From assembly GCF_964355755.1 (NCBI RefSeq), contig NC_092671.1, positions 5,146,001-5,210,000 on the forward strand: 64,000 bases of DNA, read 5' to 3'. Below, in pieces: positions 1 to 13,600 of this stretch (position 1 is its first letter; every line of letters begins with the position of its first letter). The stretch is from Antedon mediterranea. Its lineage: Eukaryota > Animalia > Echinodermata. Made by a program: the position numbers and the translations under genes. The notes beneath the pieces were generated by a model that had not been told where the DNA came from, did no database searches, and saw nothing but the letters and a program-made list of their open reading frames with translations.

Positions 1-344
1 TCCTCATCCACATGACGAAATCCTATATAACCGAAGGAATCACTATATCGGATCCCTCCTATTGTGCCAATAACTTCTCCAGAATCTGTCAGTGACATAT
101 AGTAACCTGATGGATCCAATTTATGAAACATCTTTAAATCTGTAGTTTTTGCTCTACAACCCTCAAGAACTAAGCTGTTGGCCAGTATGCCAGATTCTCC
201 TTCATGGATGTTCCTTATTTTTATTGACTGTGCTGCTTCTGATAATGTGCACATTCTATGGCATTGAGAACAATCGTTCCAAACCATTTTAAGAAGTTTT
301 CTTGATGTTTGTCTAAAGAAAGACATTTTTCTGAAATTCAACAT
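1..344 (-). CDS. GNAT-family acyltransferase-like protein, N-terminal part (runs off the window edge)
   Basis: Manual translation from ATG at 344 is open to the edge: MLNFRKMSFFRQTSRKLLKMVW...IKIRNIHEGESGILANSLVLEGCRAKTTDLKMFHKLDPSGYYMSLTDSGEVIGTIGGIRYSDSFGYIGFRHVDE. The pattern IRN...EG...DL..F..LDP.G.......GEVIG.I....Y.DSFGYIG...V resembles the YitH/holothin-acyltransferase-like GNAT N-terminal domain. Not in the ORF track because there is no stop in the window. Family assigned by eye. Confidence 0.7.
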   Translation of the reverse strand, partial: MLNFRKMSFFRQTSRKLLKMVWNDCSQCHRMCTLSEAAQSIKIRNIHEGESGILANSLVLEGCRAKTTDLKMFHKLDPSGYYMSLTDSGEVIGTIGGIRYSDSFGYIGFRHVDE

Positions 345-1544
345 GAAGCAAGTTGTATTTATATTCTCTTTTTTATTGTGGAGAAGCAAGTTAAATACAT
401 TCAACAGAAATAATTATCTGTACAGTAGGCCAAGCTAAAGTGTATAATAATAAATATGCAAATTAATATGCAAATTACCCATCAGATCAGGTGGAGTATT
501 TTTAGCATAGTTTAGATAATATTTAACATTATTAATCAAACATTTTATTGGAAAGCAAATAATTAATACAAAAATAACAAGAAGTAACATTCAAAGCAAG
601 ATGTTGTTTGAGTCAAATAGTTTCCTGGTGTAGCTAGGCCTAAAGGTTCCATCACGTTTACGGGTCGTTATGCACATTCTCTGGCGAACAATACATCGTC
701 ATATAGGCCTAGCTGGAGTTTTAGACGTCCGGCCTAAAAAGCCTAATAAAGGACCTTTAGAGAATGTGACGGAATATTGTGATGTATATGTTAGGACAAA
801 TGTATAAATAAATTCATATTTAATAAACAACTATATTACTGTTATTAAATACAAAACTTACAACGCGGTTTGATTTTCTATCTTTTTTTGCAACACAACA
901 CACAATCAAAACATAGAAACTTATCTAGTACTTCCTAATTTATTAAAAGCTGATCGTGCCAGACCGTAACTACTTTTAGTTCTACTTGCAATAAATTCTC
1001 GGGGGACAAACCGGAAAAACAAATCTACTGAACGTAAACAAAAAACAATTCAGTTTTCATTCACATTAAAAACCGGTGTTTCTTTAATAATTTATTCCAA
1101 TAATGTGCTGTATGTGTTAGCATCAGTTTTCATTTAGATAAAGTTGATTTGGTATGTATACTACAGGCTAAATAATTAAGAAATACATACTTTTGTCTAG
1201 GTAGGCCACAGAAAAGATAACAAATTCGAAGCGGAGGCAGCACCTAGAACCGCTCCACTTCCTGTTTAAAACACACTGATGTCATGATAGGCCTGGTTCA
1301 ATAAACAGGGCTACAGTTAGGTAAAATCTATGAATATCGAATATATTATACACATTAAAAAAAGGAAAATAAATAAGACAAACAATGGACTATTTAACTA
1401 GGCCTAGAGTATAAGACTAAATAAATTAAAATCAATTTAATGAATAATGATTGTTTCTATTCTATATTTATAAGGTAGGTCTAGGCCTATAATAAGAAAG
1501 AATGTTTTGTGGGTGCTATTAAGGACTAAAGTAACAGTTACAGT
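345..1544. promoter_or_regulatory. Shared divergent promoter/5'UTR region between the GNAT-like gene and NKIRAS
   Basis: Start codons are 1.2 kb apart and point away from each other; ETS-like CACTTCCTG at ~1256-1264. Exact TSSs cannot be determined from sequence. Confidence 0.5.
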
Positions 1545-1634
1545 ATGGGGAAAATATGCAAGATTGTTGTGTGTGGAGGAACTTCTGTTGGAAAGACGTC
1601 CATCCTTCAACAGGCGTTGCATGGCAAAGTAGAG
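1545..1634 (+). CDS. NKIRAS: kappaB-Ras coding exon 1 (P-loop)
   Basis: ATG at 1545; MGKICKIVVCGGTSVGKTSILQQALHGKVE; donor gtatgt. Confidence 0.92.
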
Positions 1635-4600
1635 GTATGTGAAAAATAAATTATTAATATTATTGTTTATCTTGATTTTCCTTTTTTTTTGGACATCTAA
1701 GCTATGATTCTGTGTCCCTCTGGTACATTCTATCTATAGTTACTGATTCTTCAGATTCTTCCAAAACTTCTAAACAGCTTTTAAGTTGGTTAACATTCAT
1801 AACTGCTATTACGTATTTTCACTAACCTTTTTTTAATACAGTATATTTAATTAATCTACAACTGAAATAAAGAGCTACGCTTTCAAAGTATTTTTATAAA
1901 TTGACTAAAATTAAAAGATATTGTTTTATTTTTGTACACAGACACCACCATTTAAAACAATTGAAGATATCCATGTTGCAATAATTGACACAGACAGAGG
2001 GGCAAAGGAGAAAGTGCAATTCTATGACACTAAGGGTTTGGTGAGCTGGTTTATTTTTTTATTCTTTGAATTCATGTGATTTTAAAATGTTTTAAATTAC
2101 ACAAGAATCCAAAGAATAAAAGACAACAAAAAACAAACAAAAATCCACTCACATCATTAAAATGATGAATTTTGAAAAAGTTCAGCTGACATGATCTAGC
2201 AAACTCCATATTAATTTTTTTTATTCTTTAGGATGTATCAACATATCAAGAATTACCAAGGCAGTACATACTAATGGCTGATGTAAGATTTAATATTAAT
2301 GAATGTTTATGAGTGGAACATAGAAAGTATTATGAGTTTGAAGGCAAACAGGTCTATTCAACGAAGCGAAGCTGGGTTGAATAAACCAGGTCATCTTTCA
2401 TCATATTTCTTCAATTACATGATTTGTTCTTTATTTTCTAGGGGTTTATTCTCGTATTTAGTCTTGCAAATCTTGATTCTTTTCATCAAATGGAGCAACT
2501 TAGAAAGAGCATAAAAAAAGAAAGAGATTTTAAAGATAAGGTTGGTAATTAATAGGTATCTGATATCTTTGAAATAAGTGTGTAGTTACAGACAATTAGA
2601 AAGTGTTTTATGAACCAATATGACGCTTAAAAACTAATCGATTTTATAAACAATATAAATATGATATGTTTATGAAATATATTGCGTAAATAAATTTATA
2701 TAAATATTGTAGAACACCCTTATTCATGAACACCTCTATTAAGGAGACACTTGTGAAATAAACGAGGAAGAAACAATGTATGTTTTGATTTGATTTGAAT
2801 TTATTAGGGAAACCATCATAAAAAAACATATACAAAGTGATAACATAAATTTCGGACATATAAACAAATAATACATTTATAAAAGATTTTCCAGGATAGC
2901 CCAAAAAGCTTATTAGCTTATTTCCATTGGGATCCTTTTACAATCTAAAATAAACAAGAATATTTCTTACAAAAAACGCTGCTCGCTTATTGTTATTGCT
3001 AAGGTCAAGTCTGGGGGTCACTTCATCACGCCTAGATACTTCAAGTATCCTATTACAAACAAAAACTTCAATGGGCTGTTTTGATAATAATTCAATGATT
3101 ATCTGACAGTGAATTATATCATGGGACTCATAAATACCAGAATGCTTTGGGATTTGTCGTTAGACTCTTTTCTCAGCCGTTTTTGGATTCAACAGGTGGT
3201 ACCAATAAATTATAGTGGAGTTTCCATTTTAACAAAAATGTCAAAGTGTAGTACTATAAAGCTGCTTGATTTCATCTAATGAATGAGTCATCTCGTGTGA
3301 CGTAGCGGGCTAGAGCAGCAGCGTGAAAATATAAACATTACAAAGTATTGCATTAAACACGTAAATATAACAAAAACAATAATATAATGAAACAAGTTAA
3401 ATTTAAAGACTATGATTGACTTATAGTTATTTTGTTAAACAGAAATGTGATTTAACGTTTTTCTTAAAATTAAATTTGTGTTCTATTTGCTGAATGGAAT
3501 GAGGTACAGTAGGTTAGCACTGCGACCAACCATTTCTTCAGAGGATTCAAAGTTCAAAAAACATTTATTTATTCAACAATGGCATTATACAGTATAATAT
3601 AATTATAGGTGTGTACATAAATGAAAACATAGTAATAAGCCATCATTTGGGGTCTTCTCTAGAAGAAAACAAGTTTCTTGTCTCGAGAAAGACCCCAGAA
3701 ACAATACACATACATTTAAACTAATACAATTTACTACATAAAATAAAAAATAAAAACAAAAACGATGAAATAAAAAAAAATAAATAGATACTTTCAGTAT
3801 TCCTATTAATGGGACAATTTCTTGTGAAACAAGGGAGAAGCAATGCGTGTTATAGCAGTACGACCAACCAGTTTTTAGGGAAACCTCTATTAAGGGGACA
3901 CTTGTGAAACAAACAAGGAATGGGCAATGTGTGTTTAGCAGTACGACCAACCAGTTTTTAGGGAAACCTCTATTAAGGGGACACTTGTGAAACAAACAAG
4001 GAATGGGCAATGTGTGTTTAGCAGTACGACCAACCAGTTTTTAGGGAAACCTCTATTAAGGGGACACTTGTGAAACAAACAAGGAATGGGCAATGTGTGT
4101 TTAGCAGTACGACCAACCAGTTTTTAGGGAAACCTCTATTAAGGGGACACTTGTGAAACAAACAAGGAATGGGCAATGTGTGTTTAGCAGTACGACCAAC
4201 CAGTTTTTAGGGAAACCTCTATTAAGGGGACACTTGTGAAACAAACAAGGAATGGGCAATGTGTGTTTGCAGTACGACCAACCAGTTTTTAGGGAAACCT
4301 CTATTAAGGGGACACTTGTGAAACAAACAAGGAATGGGCAATGTGTGTTTAGCAGTACGACCAACCAGTTTTTAGAGAAACCTCTATTAAGGGGACACTT
4401 GTGAAACAAACAAGGAATGGGCAATGTGTGTTTAGCAGTACGACCAACCAGTTTTTAGGGAAACCTCTATTAAGGGGACACTTGTGAAACAAACAAGGAA
4501 TGGGCAATGTGTGTTTAGCAGTACGACCAACCAGTTTTTAGGGAAACCTCTATTAAGGGGACACTTGTGAAACAAACAAGGAATGGGCAATGTGTGTTAT

Positions 4601-7600
4601 AGCAGTACGACCAACCAGTTTTTAGGGAAACCTCTATTAAGGGGACACTTGTGAAACAAACAAGGAATGGGCAATGTGTGTTTAGCAGTACGACCAACCA
4701 GTTTTTAGGGAAACCTCTATTAAGGGGACACTTGTGAAACAAACAAGGAATGGGCAATGTGTGTTTAGCAGTACGACCAACCAGTTTTTAGGGAAACCTC
4801 TATTAAGGGGACACTTGTGAAACAAACAAGGAATGGGCAATGTGTGTTTAGCAGTACGACCAACCAGTTTTTAGGGAAACCTCTATTAAGGGGACACTTG
4901 TGAAACAAACAAGGAATGGGCAATGTGTGTTATAGCAGTACGACCAACCAGTTTTTAGGGAAACCTCTATTAAGGGGACACTTGTGAAACAAACAAGGAA
5001 TGGGCAATGTGTGTTATAGCAGTACGACCAACCAGTTTTTAGGGAAACCTCTATTAAGGGGACACTTGTGAAACAAACAAGGAATGGGCAATGTGTGTTA
5101 TAGCAGTACGACCAACCAGTTTTTAGGGAAACCTCTATTAAGGGGACACTTGTGAAACAAACAAGGAATGGGCAATGTGTGTTTAGCAGTACGACCAACC
5201 AGTTTTTAGGGAAACCTCTATTAAGGGGACACTTGTGAAACAAACAAGGAATGGGCAATGTGTGTTTAGCAGTACGACCAACCAGTTTTTAGGGAAACCT
5301 CTATTAAGGGGACACTTGTGAAACAAACAAGGAATGGGCAATGTGTGTTTAGCAGTACGACCAACCAGTTTTTAGGGAAACCTCTATTAAGGGGACACTT
5401 GTGAAACAAACAAGGAATGGGCAATGTGTGTTTAGCAGTACGACCAACCAGTTTTTAGGGAAACCTCTATTAAGGGGACACTTGTGAAACAAACAAGGAA
5501 TGGGCAATGTGTGTTTAGCAGTACGACCAACCAGTTTTTAGGGAAACCTCTATTAAGGGGACACTTGTGAAACAAACAAGGAATGGGCAATGTGTGTTAT
5601 AGCAGTACGACCAACCAGTTTTTAGGGAAACCTCTATTAAGGGGACACTTGTGAAACAAACAAGGAATGGGCAATGTGTGTTTAGCAGTACGACCAACCA
5701 GTTTTTAGGGAAACCTCTATTAAGGGGACACTTGTGAAACAAACAAGGAATGGGCAATGTGTGTTTAGCAGTACGACCAACCAGTTTTTAGGGAAACCTC
5801 TATTAAGGGGACACTTGTGAAACAAACAAGGAATGGGCAATGTGTGTTATAGCAGTACGACCAACCAGTTTTTAGGGAAACCTCTATTAAGGGGACACTT
5901 GTGAAACAAACAAGGAATGGGCAATGTGTGTTTAGCAGTACGACCAACCAGTTTTTAGGGAAACCTCTATTAAGGGGACACTTGTGAAACAAACAAGGAA
6001 TGGGCAATGTGTGTTTAGCAGTACGACCAACCAGTTTTTAGGGAAACCTCTATTAAGGGGACACTTGTGAAACAAACAAGGAATGGGCAATGTGTGTTTA
6101 GCAGTACGACCAACCAGTTTTTAGGGAAACCTCTATTAAGGGGACACTTGTGAAACAAACAAGGAATGGGCAATGTGTGTTTAGCAGTACGACCAACCAG
6201 TTTTTAGGGAAACCTCTATTAAGGGGACACTTGTGAAACAAACAAGGAATGGGCAATGTGTGTTTAGCAGTACGACCAACCAGTTTTTAGGGAAACCTCT
6301 ATTAAGGGGACACTTGTGAAACAAACAAGGAATGGGCAATGTGTGTTTAGCAGTACGACCAACCAGTTTTTAGGGAAACCTCTATTAAGGGGACACTTGT
6401 GAAACAAACAAGGAATGGGCAATGTGTGTTATAGCAGTACGACCAACCAGTTTTTAGGGAAACCTCTATTAAGGGGACACTTGTGAAACAAACAAGGAAT
6501 GGGCAATGTGTGTTTAGCAGTACGACCAACCAGTTTTTAGGGAAACCTCTATTAAGGGGACACTTGTGAAACAAACAAGGAATGGGCAATGTGTGTTTAG
6601 CAGTACGACCAACCAGTTTTTAGGGAAACCTCTATTAAGGGGACACTTGTGAAACAAACAAGGAATGGGCAATGTGTGTTATAGCAGTACGACCAACCAG
6701 TTTTTAGGGAAACCTCTATTAAGGGGACACTTGTGAAACAAACAAGGAATGGGCAATGTGTGTTATAGCAGTACGACCAACCAGTTTTTAGGGAAACCTC
6801 TATTAAGGGGACACTTGTGAAACAAACAAGGAATGGGCAATGTGTGTTATAGCAGTACGACCAACCAGTTTTTAGGGAAACCTCTATTAAGGGGACACTT
6901 GTGAAACAAACAAGGAATGGGCAATGTGTGTTATAGCAGTACGACCAACCAGTTTTTAGGGAAACCTCTATTAAGGGGACACTTGTGAAACAAACAAGGA
7001 ATGGGCAATGTGTGTTTAGCAGTACGACCAACCAGTTTTTAGGGAAACCTCTATTAAGGGGACACTTGTGAAACAAACAAGGAATGGGCAATGTGTGTTT
7101 AGCAGTACGACCAACCAGTTTTTAGGGAAACCTCTATTAAGGGGACACTTGTGAAACAAACAAGGAATGGGCAATGTGTGTTTAGCAGTACGACCAACCA
7201 GTTTTTAGGGAAACCTCTATTAAGGGGACACTTGTGAAACAAACAAGGAATGGGCAATGTGTGTTTAGCAGTACGACCAACCAGTTTTTAGGGAAACCTC
7301 TATTAAGGGGACACTTGTGAAACAAACAAGGAATGGGCAATGTGTGTTTAGCAGTACGACCAACCAGTTTTTAGGGAAACCTCTATTAAGGGGACACTTG
7401 TGAAACAAACAAGGAATGGGCAATGTGTGTTTAGCAGTACGACCAACCAGTTTTTAGGGAAACCTCTATTAAGGGGACACTTGTGAAACAAACAAGGAAT
7501 GGGCAATGTGTGTTTAGCAGTACGACCAACCAGTTTTTAGGGAAACCTCTATTAAGGGGACACTTGTGAAACAAACAAGGAATGGGCAATGTGTGTTTAG

Positions 7601-10600
7601 CAGTACGACCAACCAGTTTTTAGGGAAACCTCTATTAAGGGGACACTTGTGAAACAAACAAGGAATGGGCAATGTGTGTTTAGCAGTACGACCAACCAGT
7701 TTTTAGGGAAACCTCTATTAAGGGGACACTTGTGAAACAAACAAGGAATGGGCAATGTGTGTTTAGCAGTACGACCAACCAGTTTTTAGGGAAACCTCTA
7801 TTAAGGGGACACTTGTGAAACAAACAAGGAATGGGCAATGTGTGTTATAGCAGTACGACCAACCAGTTTTTAGGGAAACCTCTATTAAGGGGACACTTGT
7901 GAAACAAACAAGGAATGGGCAATGTGTGTTTAGCAGTACGACCAACCAGTTTTTAGGGAAACCTCTATTAAGGGGACACTTGTGAAACAAACAAGGAATG
8001 GGCAATGTGTGTTATAGCAGTACGACCAACCAGTTTTTAGGGAAACCTCTATTAAGGGGACACTTGTGAAACAAACAAGGAATGGGCAATGTGTGTTATA
8101 GCAGTACGACCAACCAGTTTTTAGGGAAACCTCTATTAAGGGGACACTTGTGAAACAAACAAGGAATGGGCAATGTGTGTTATAGCAGTACGACCAACCA
8201 GTTTTTAGGGAAACCTCTATTAAGGGGACACTTGTGAAACAAACAAGGAATGGGCAATGTGTGTTTAGCAGTACGACCAACCAGTTTTTAGGGAAACCTC
8301 TATTAAGGGGACACTTGTGAAACAAACAAGGAATGGGCAATGTGTGTTATAGCAGTACGACCAACCAGTTTTTAGGGAAACCTCTATTAAGGGGACACTT
8401 GTGAAACAAACAAGGAATGGGCAATGTGTGTTATAGCAGTACGACCAACCAGTTTTTAGGGAAACCTCTATTAAGGGGACACTTGTGAAACAAACAAGGA
8501 ATGGGCAATGTGTGTTATAGCAGTACGACCAACCAGTTTTTAGGGAAACCTCTATTAAGGGGACACTTGTGAAACAAACAAGGAATGGGCAATGTGTGTT
8601 ATAGCAGTACGACCAACCAGTTTTTAGGGAAACCTCTATTAAGGGGACACTTGTGAAACAAACAAGGAATGGGCAATGTGTGTTATAGCAGTACGACCAA
8701 CCAGTTTTTAGGGAAACCTCTATTAAGGGGACACTTGTGAAACAAACAAGGAATGGGCAATGTGTGTTATAGCAGTACGACCAACCAGTTTTTAGGGAAA
8801 CCTCTATTAAGGGGACACTTGTGAAACAAACAAGGAATGGGCAATGTGTGTTATAGCAGTACGACCAACCAGTTTTTAGGGAAACCTCTATTAAGGGGAC
8901 ACTTGTGAAACAAACAAGGAATGGGCAATGTGTGTTTAGCAGTACGACCAACCAGTTTTTAGGGAAACCTCTATTAAGGGGACACTTGTGAAACAAACAA
9001 GGAATGGGCAATGTGTGTTATAGCAGTACGACCAACCAGTTTTTAGGGAAACCTCTATTAAGGGGACACTTGTGAAACAAACAAGGAATGGGCAATGTGT
9101 GTTTAGCAGTACGACCAACCAGTTTTTAGGGAAACCTCTATTAAGGGGACACTTGTGAAACAAACAAGGAATGGGCAATGTGTGTTATAGCAGTACGACC
9201 AACCAGTTTTTAGGGAAACCTCTATTAAGGGGACACTTGTGAAACAAACAAGGAATGGGCAATGTGTGTTATAGCAGTACGACCAACCAGTTTTTAGGGA
9301 AACCTCTATTAAGGGGACACTTTCTTGGAAGTATTGCTATATTATATAGTGTATTATTTTTCTTTAGGTATGCATGATAGCTCTTGGCAATAAAGCAGAT
9401 TTAGTGGAAGAACGACAAGTGAGCGCTGAATCTGTCAATACATGGGAAAAGAAACAAAAAGGTAAATTTCAAACCTTGGATCACGATTTCACCCATTACA
9501 TACTTTTGAATACTCTACAGTAAAACCCTTCCTATAAAGTTTACACAAAGAGCAATATATTTCACACTACAGCCAACTCCTATTCAGAGAAGACCATTTG
9601 TTGTCTTTTTTTACTCTGCTTCTCTCTTATCAAAGCTAAAATATCTATTTTTGACAGACAGATTAAAATAATATGTTAGCCCTTTTTAAATCATGAATCC
9701 ACCCCTGTATATAGTTCTCTATATTACAATTATTTTGCTAAGCCCCCTCTTGAGGTTTATGAACTGGGACAAAGTCAACACCAGTGACCGAAAACATGAC
9801 CTAAATTAGCCTGACCACAAATTGTGTTAGCTGGATGATAGACAGGTTGACTTCAATTTTTTGGTGGTATTAACAAGGAACCATTAACCTTCTAAATTAT
9901 GTACTACACGACAATGTTAAGCTTCTTTCAACAGAATTACCGCTGTCAGACATCTCACTGTTGTGTATATTGATACTGTCGTTTAGTTGTCAATCACCCG
10001 ATGCATTGGTGACAGATACGTACCACATTGATAAAATCGCCTAGAAAACCCCCCCTTGTTTGCAAATACCCCTTTCCCATGTGTGTAGTTGTCAGCCCAT
10101 ATTTTCTCATGGTTAATCCGCACCTTAAGTATTTCTTACAAGCCATGACACGATTTGAAATGTCGTTTTGCCAAGAAATAAAATTCAATTTGCACAGAGA
10201 TCTTGAAAAATGTTCTGTATTTTAGGGATACGGAATTAGGTACTTTTAAAATCGTCTGTCATTTGAAATAAAAATTGATCTGCTTTTAGCAAAACTTTAA
10301 AATTTGCTACATCATGATATAGGTATAAACGTAATTGACAGTAGTTTTGTTACTTTAAATTACTTATTCTGCGGGATCGAGTGATGTGTTCCATTTTCAA
10401 GAGTTTTTTTCTTGCTACTGTACATGACAAACAATGTTCTCAGCCTGTTGTTATCATTTCTATTGTTTGTTAGAAAATACAAGCCTTTGCAACAACATTG
10501 ATAATAACGCCACTATATGTCAGCAGTAAAGCAGAATAAGCGTCGTAAATAAAGCCTCTTTTTTAAAAAAGTGATGCTACAGGACTTTTTCATAATGGTG

Positions 10601-13600
10601 TTATTACGTTGTTGCAAATGTTTATATTTTATAATAAACAATACAAACTATATAAAGGCGGTTCCAGAGCGGCCGTCAGCGATACAAAAATTAAAACAAA
10701 TTGACTTCCAACCAATCAAATTTATTCCTGCAGACTACATTTTCACCACTTAAAGTTCTTTCGGTCTGGGTCCGACCAATACAATCGCATCTCAATGTTT
10801 TTTCTCCAGGATGCTCCATGCGGCTATGCGCCAAACTTTTTAGTCGATATGCCACAAAGACTTGAGCTGGATCCGGACCGGAACAGTGTGAAAGTCCCCC
10901 TTTAATCAAATCTAAACACTTTCTTACTTTTGTTTAATGAAAGTTCCATAAAAATAATTGTGATAATTTACAATTTACCATAGGGTAATGTTTAGCTTGT
11001 GGATAATGTTTTATACTGTGTTAATATTTCTCTACGTTGATATATATACATTTGTTTGAGGCATGACAGCATTTGACAAGCCATGATCTGTGCTCACATG
11101 GGTGTTTCAGATGGTATAGAAATGTTATGCCATTTGGCCGTACCCTTCTGTCCAAAGCTTCATGCGTCACCTTAACATTTATGTCAAATCATCGTTTCTG
11201 CGTTCCATCACCATGTTCTAACCCCTTCTGTCTAGTTAAAAATGTTGTGAATTTGCGTTTTTATTAACTCCAGATTCCTAGCCTAGCCCTGAGGTATACA
11301 TACTCCGTCTGTGGTACTCATCTGCACCCAGAATACTGTGGTATGCCAAGGGTAGATTGAACTTCTTAATGTGTACACTCATCAACTATCTAAGCCTAGA
11401 ATTTTTTTACAGTCTCGTGGGAATTGGGATGACACATCTTTTCAATTATATGTTTATCCAATTTCAAGAGCTTTTAATAACATAATCCTAACATTATTAG
11501 AGATATTGAACTTTTAACATGGCCCATAAATCAGAACGAAGTAAAGATTTTTTTTTATTTGTGTATTTTATTATATTTTTAAAGCAACTTTCTATAGATT
11601 TTTATGACAATTTTTTTTATAGTTATATCTTAGTGTGAATTGTAAATGAAATTTTAATGTCCATTTAATGTTTTTGTGTATTTGTAAATGTAACTGCATT
11701 TTAGCCATTGGCTATGAATGTTACAAATGGTGTGGTGTTCAGATAAAAGTGATATATAATAAGGATCATGTATTTAATTTATCATTGATTTCAATCACTA
11801 AATGATATACTAAGTTAGGATTGAACCCCGGATCTTGGGATTGGAAGGTATGCACATTAACCACCAAGCTCCACTCCATTTCATTAACAATACAACCAAA
11901 ATCTAGAGAAAAAAAAATTGAAATTGACAATGTAGAATAAAAGTATAAATAAATATATTTAAAATACAGTAGAACCCTAATAAAGGGGAGACACCTTCGG
12001 GCGGGTCCTAACAAAGTGTACAATAGGCGTGGTCATTTTTGCTATGAAAATCTTATAATTATAAATATTTTAACATCAATATTTGTTCTCATTATCATCA
12101 GTATCCAAACTCCTATTTAAAATGTGCTATTTTTTTACTCATTTTTGCAATGTCATTTTTCTTTTTAAATGCTGTCAAATTTCTTCTGAACATAATTATC
12201 GTATCTGCCAACTCACATGGGTGTGAAACATATGTAAAAATGAATGATGCATTCAGACAGACATTGAACCAAACCCGACCATCAAATTTAATCATATTAT
12301 TTTTTTAAAGCAATATAAACATTTTAAATCTATTTCAAAGTTTACATTTTCTGATGTTTTAAATTATATTAATCATTGGTATCATATGTTTTAATATTAA
12401 TTATTATAATTCAACTCATTGACTATCAAATTTAATTATCATTTATATACAAAATTATGTTTTTAAAAGTTATAATTTTTTGATGTGTCAAATTATATTT
12501 CTTATGAATATCATATGTTTTTGCTAATTTAAATGATCTCATTTGATTTTTTTATCTAATTTAATGTTATAGGTCGTTGTACAGGAAAGTTTATGTGCTT
12601 CTATGACAATATCTGAACTCATAAACAAAACACTTCAAAATTGTATAGTTTTCATTGATGTCTTACTATTAACCAAGATTATGTGTTATTTTCTCCTTTA
12701 GTGCGTTCATTCGAAGTATCTGCAACTGATCGCAACAGTTTAGTGGAACCAATCATTTACCTTACCTCTAGGTTAACACAGCCACCAGGTAAGCATAGCT
12801 GTCAGGTGATTCAGATACAATTATCACATGACTCATTTCCTGTCTCTAAACAATTTCTGTTTTATACCAATTTTTTTATTTTTAAAGAAAGTAGAGTTGT
12901 AGCTTTATGGTTAATGTACTTGCTTTCCAATCCCAAGGTCTAAGGATCAATTCTAACCTAGTGTCGGGGTTTTTGCCCAGCCTACCTCCACCCAGCACAA
13001 TTTAATCTATGATCATGTATGTTTGTTCATGAATTATTATTATGTAGTACTGTAGTTGTTTCTGGATATGTCCATTAACATTCAAATATTAGCATTGGAG
13101 CGAATCTAGTTTCAATTTGATTGTACATGTCACATGTCAGATTTGACGAGTCGATAAGGAAGATATCCTATCCACATAATCCCTCGTAAAGTCTGCCGAT
13201 ATTAAACTTCCAAAACTCTTTTCGCAAATCAAAACGCAAAAAAAGCGACCTATATTTTATGATCAAAATCATCCAATACCCTTTAAGTAGGAGGATACGA
13301 ATTGACGTGTTGCGTCCCGACAACATATCAAACCACGTCCCAACATGCTTTACAAAGTAAACATTACTTAAGCCATGCTGAGAATTGTCGTGCGCTGTGG
13401 CATTATAGATAGTATACATGCTTTCCCCCCGAGGAATGGAAACCTTGTTTGGCGCTTAATACAAAGCAATCGTGTTAATGTTCCTACTTTCCGTATTGAC
13501 GTAGCGTGTATGATTTTCGCCTTGTTTCCTCAATTATTTCTAATCCTGCTGCGTCGAACAAATCTCCGAATTACTGTAGTGTTTCTTTTTCAGAAAAAAA

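Noticed and set aside
3603-9178. Series of minus-strand ORFs MPIPCLFHKC...
   Set aside because: Artefacts of translating the 83/84-bp array; the frame breaks at each 83-bp unit and the array lies in an NKIRAS intron
3802-9321. CRISPR-like array
   Set aside because: No unique spacers, no cas genes, eukaryotic intron
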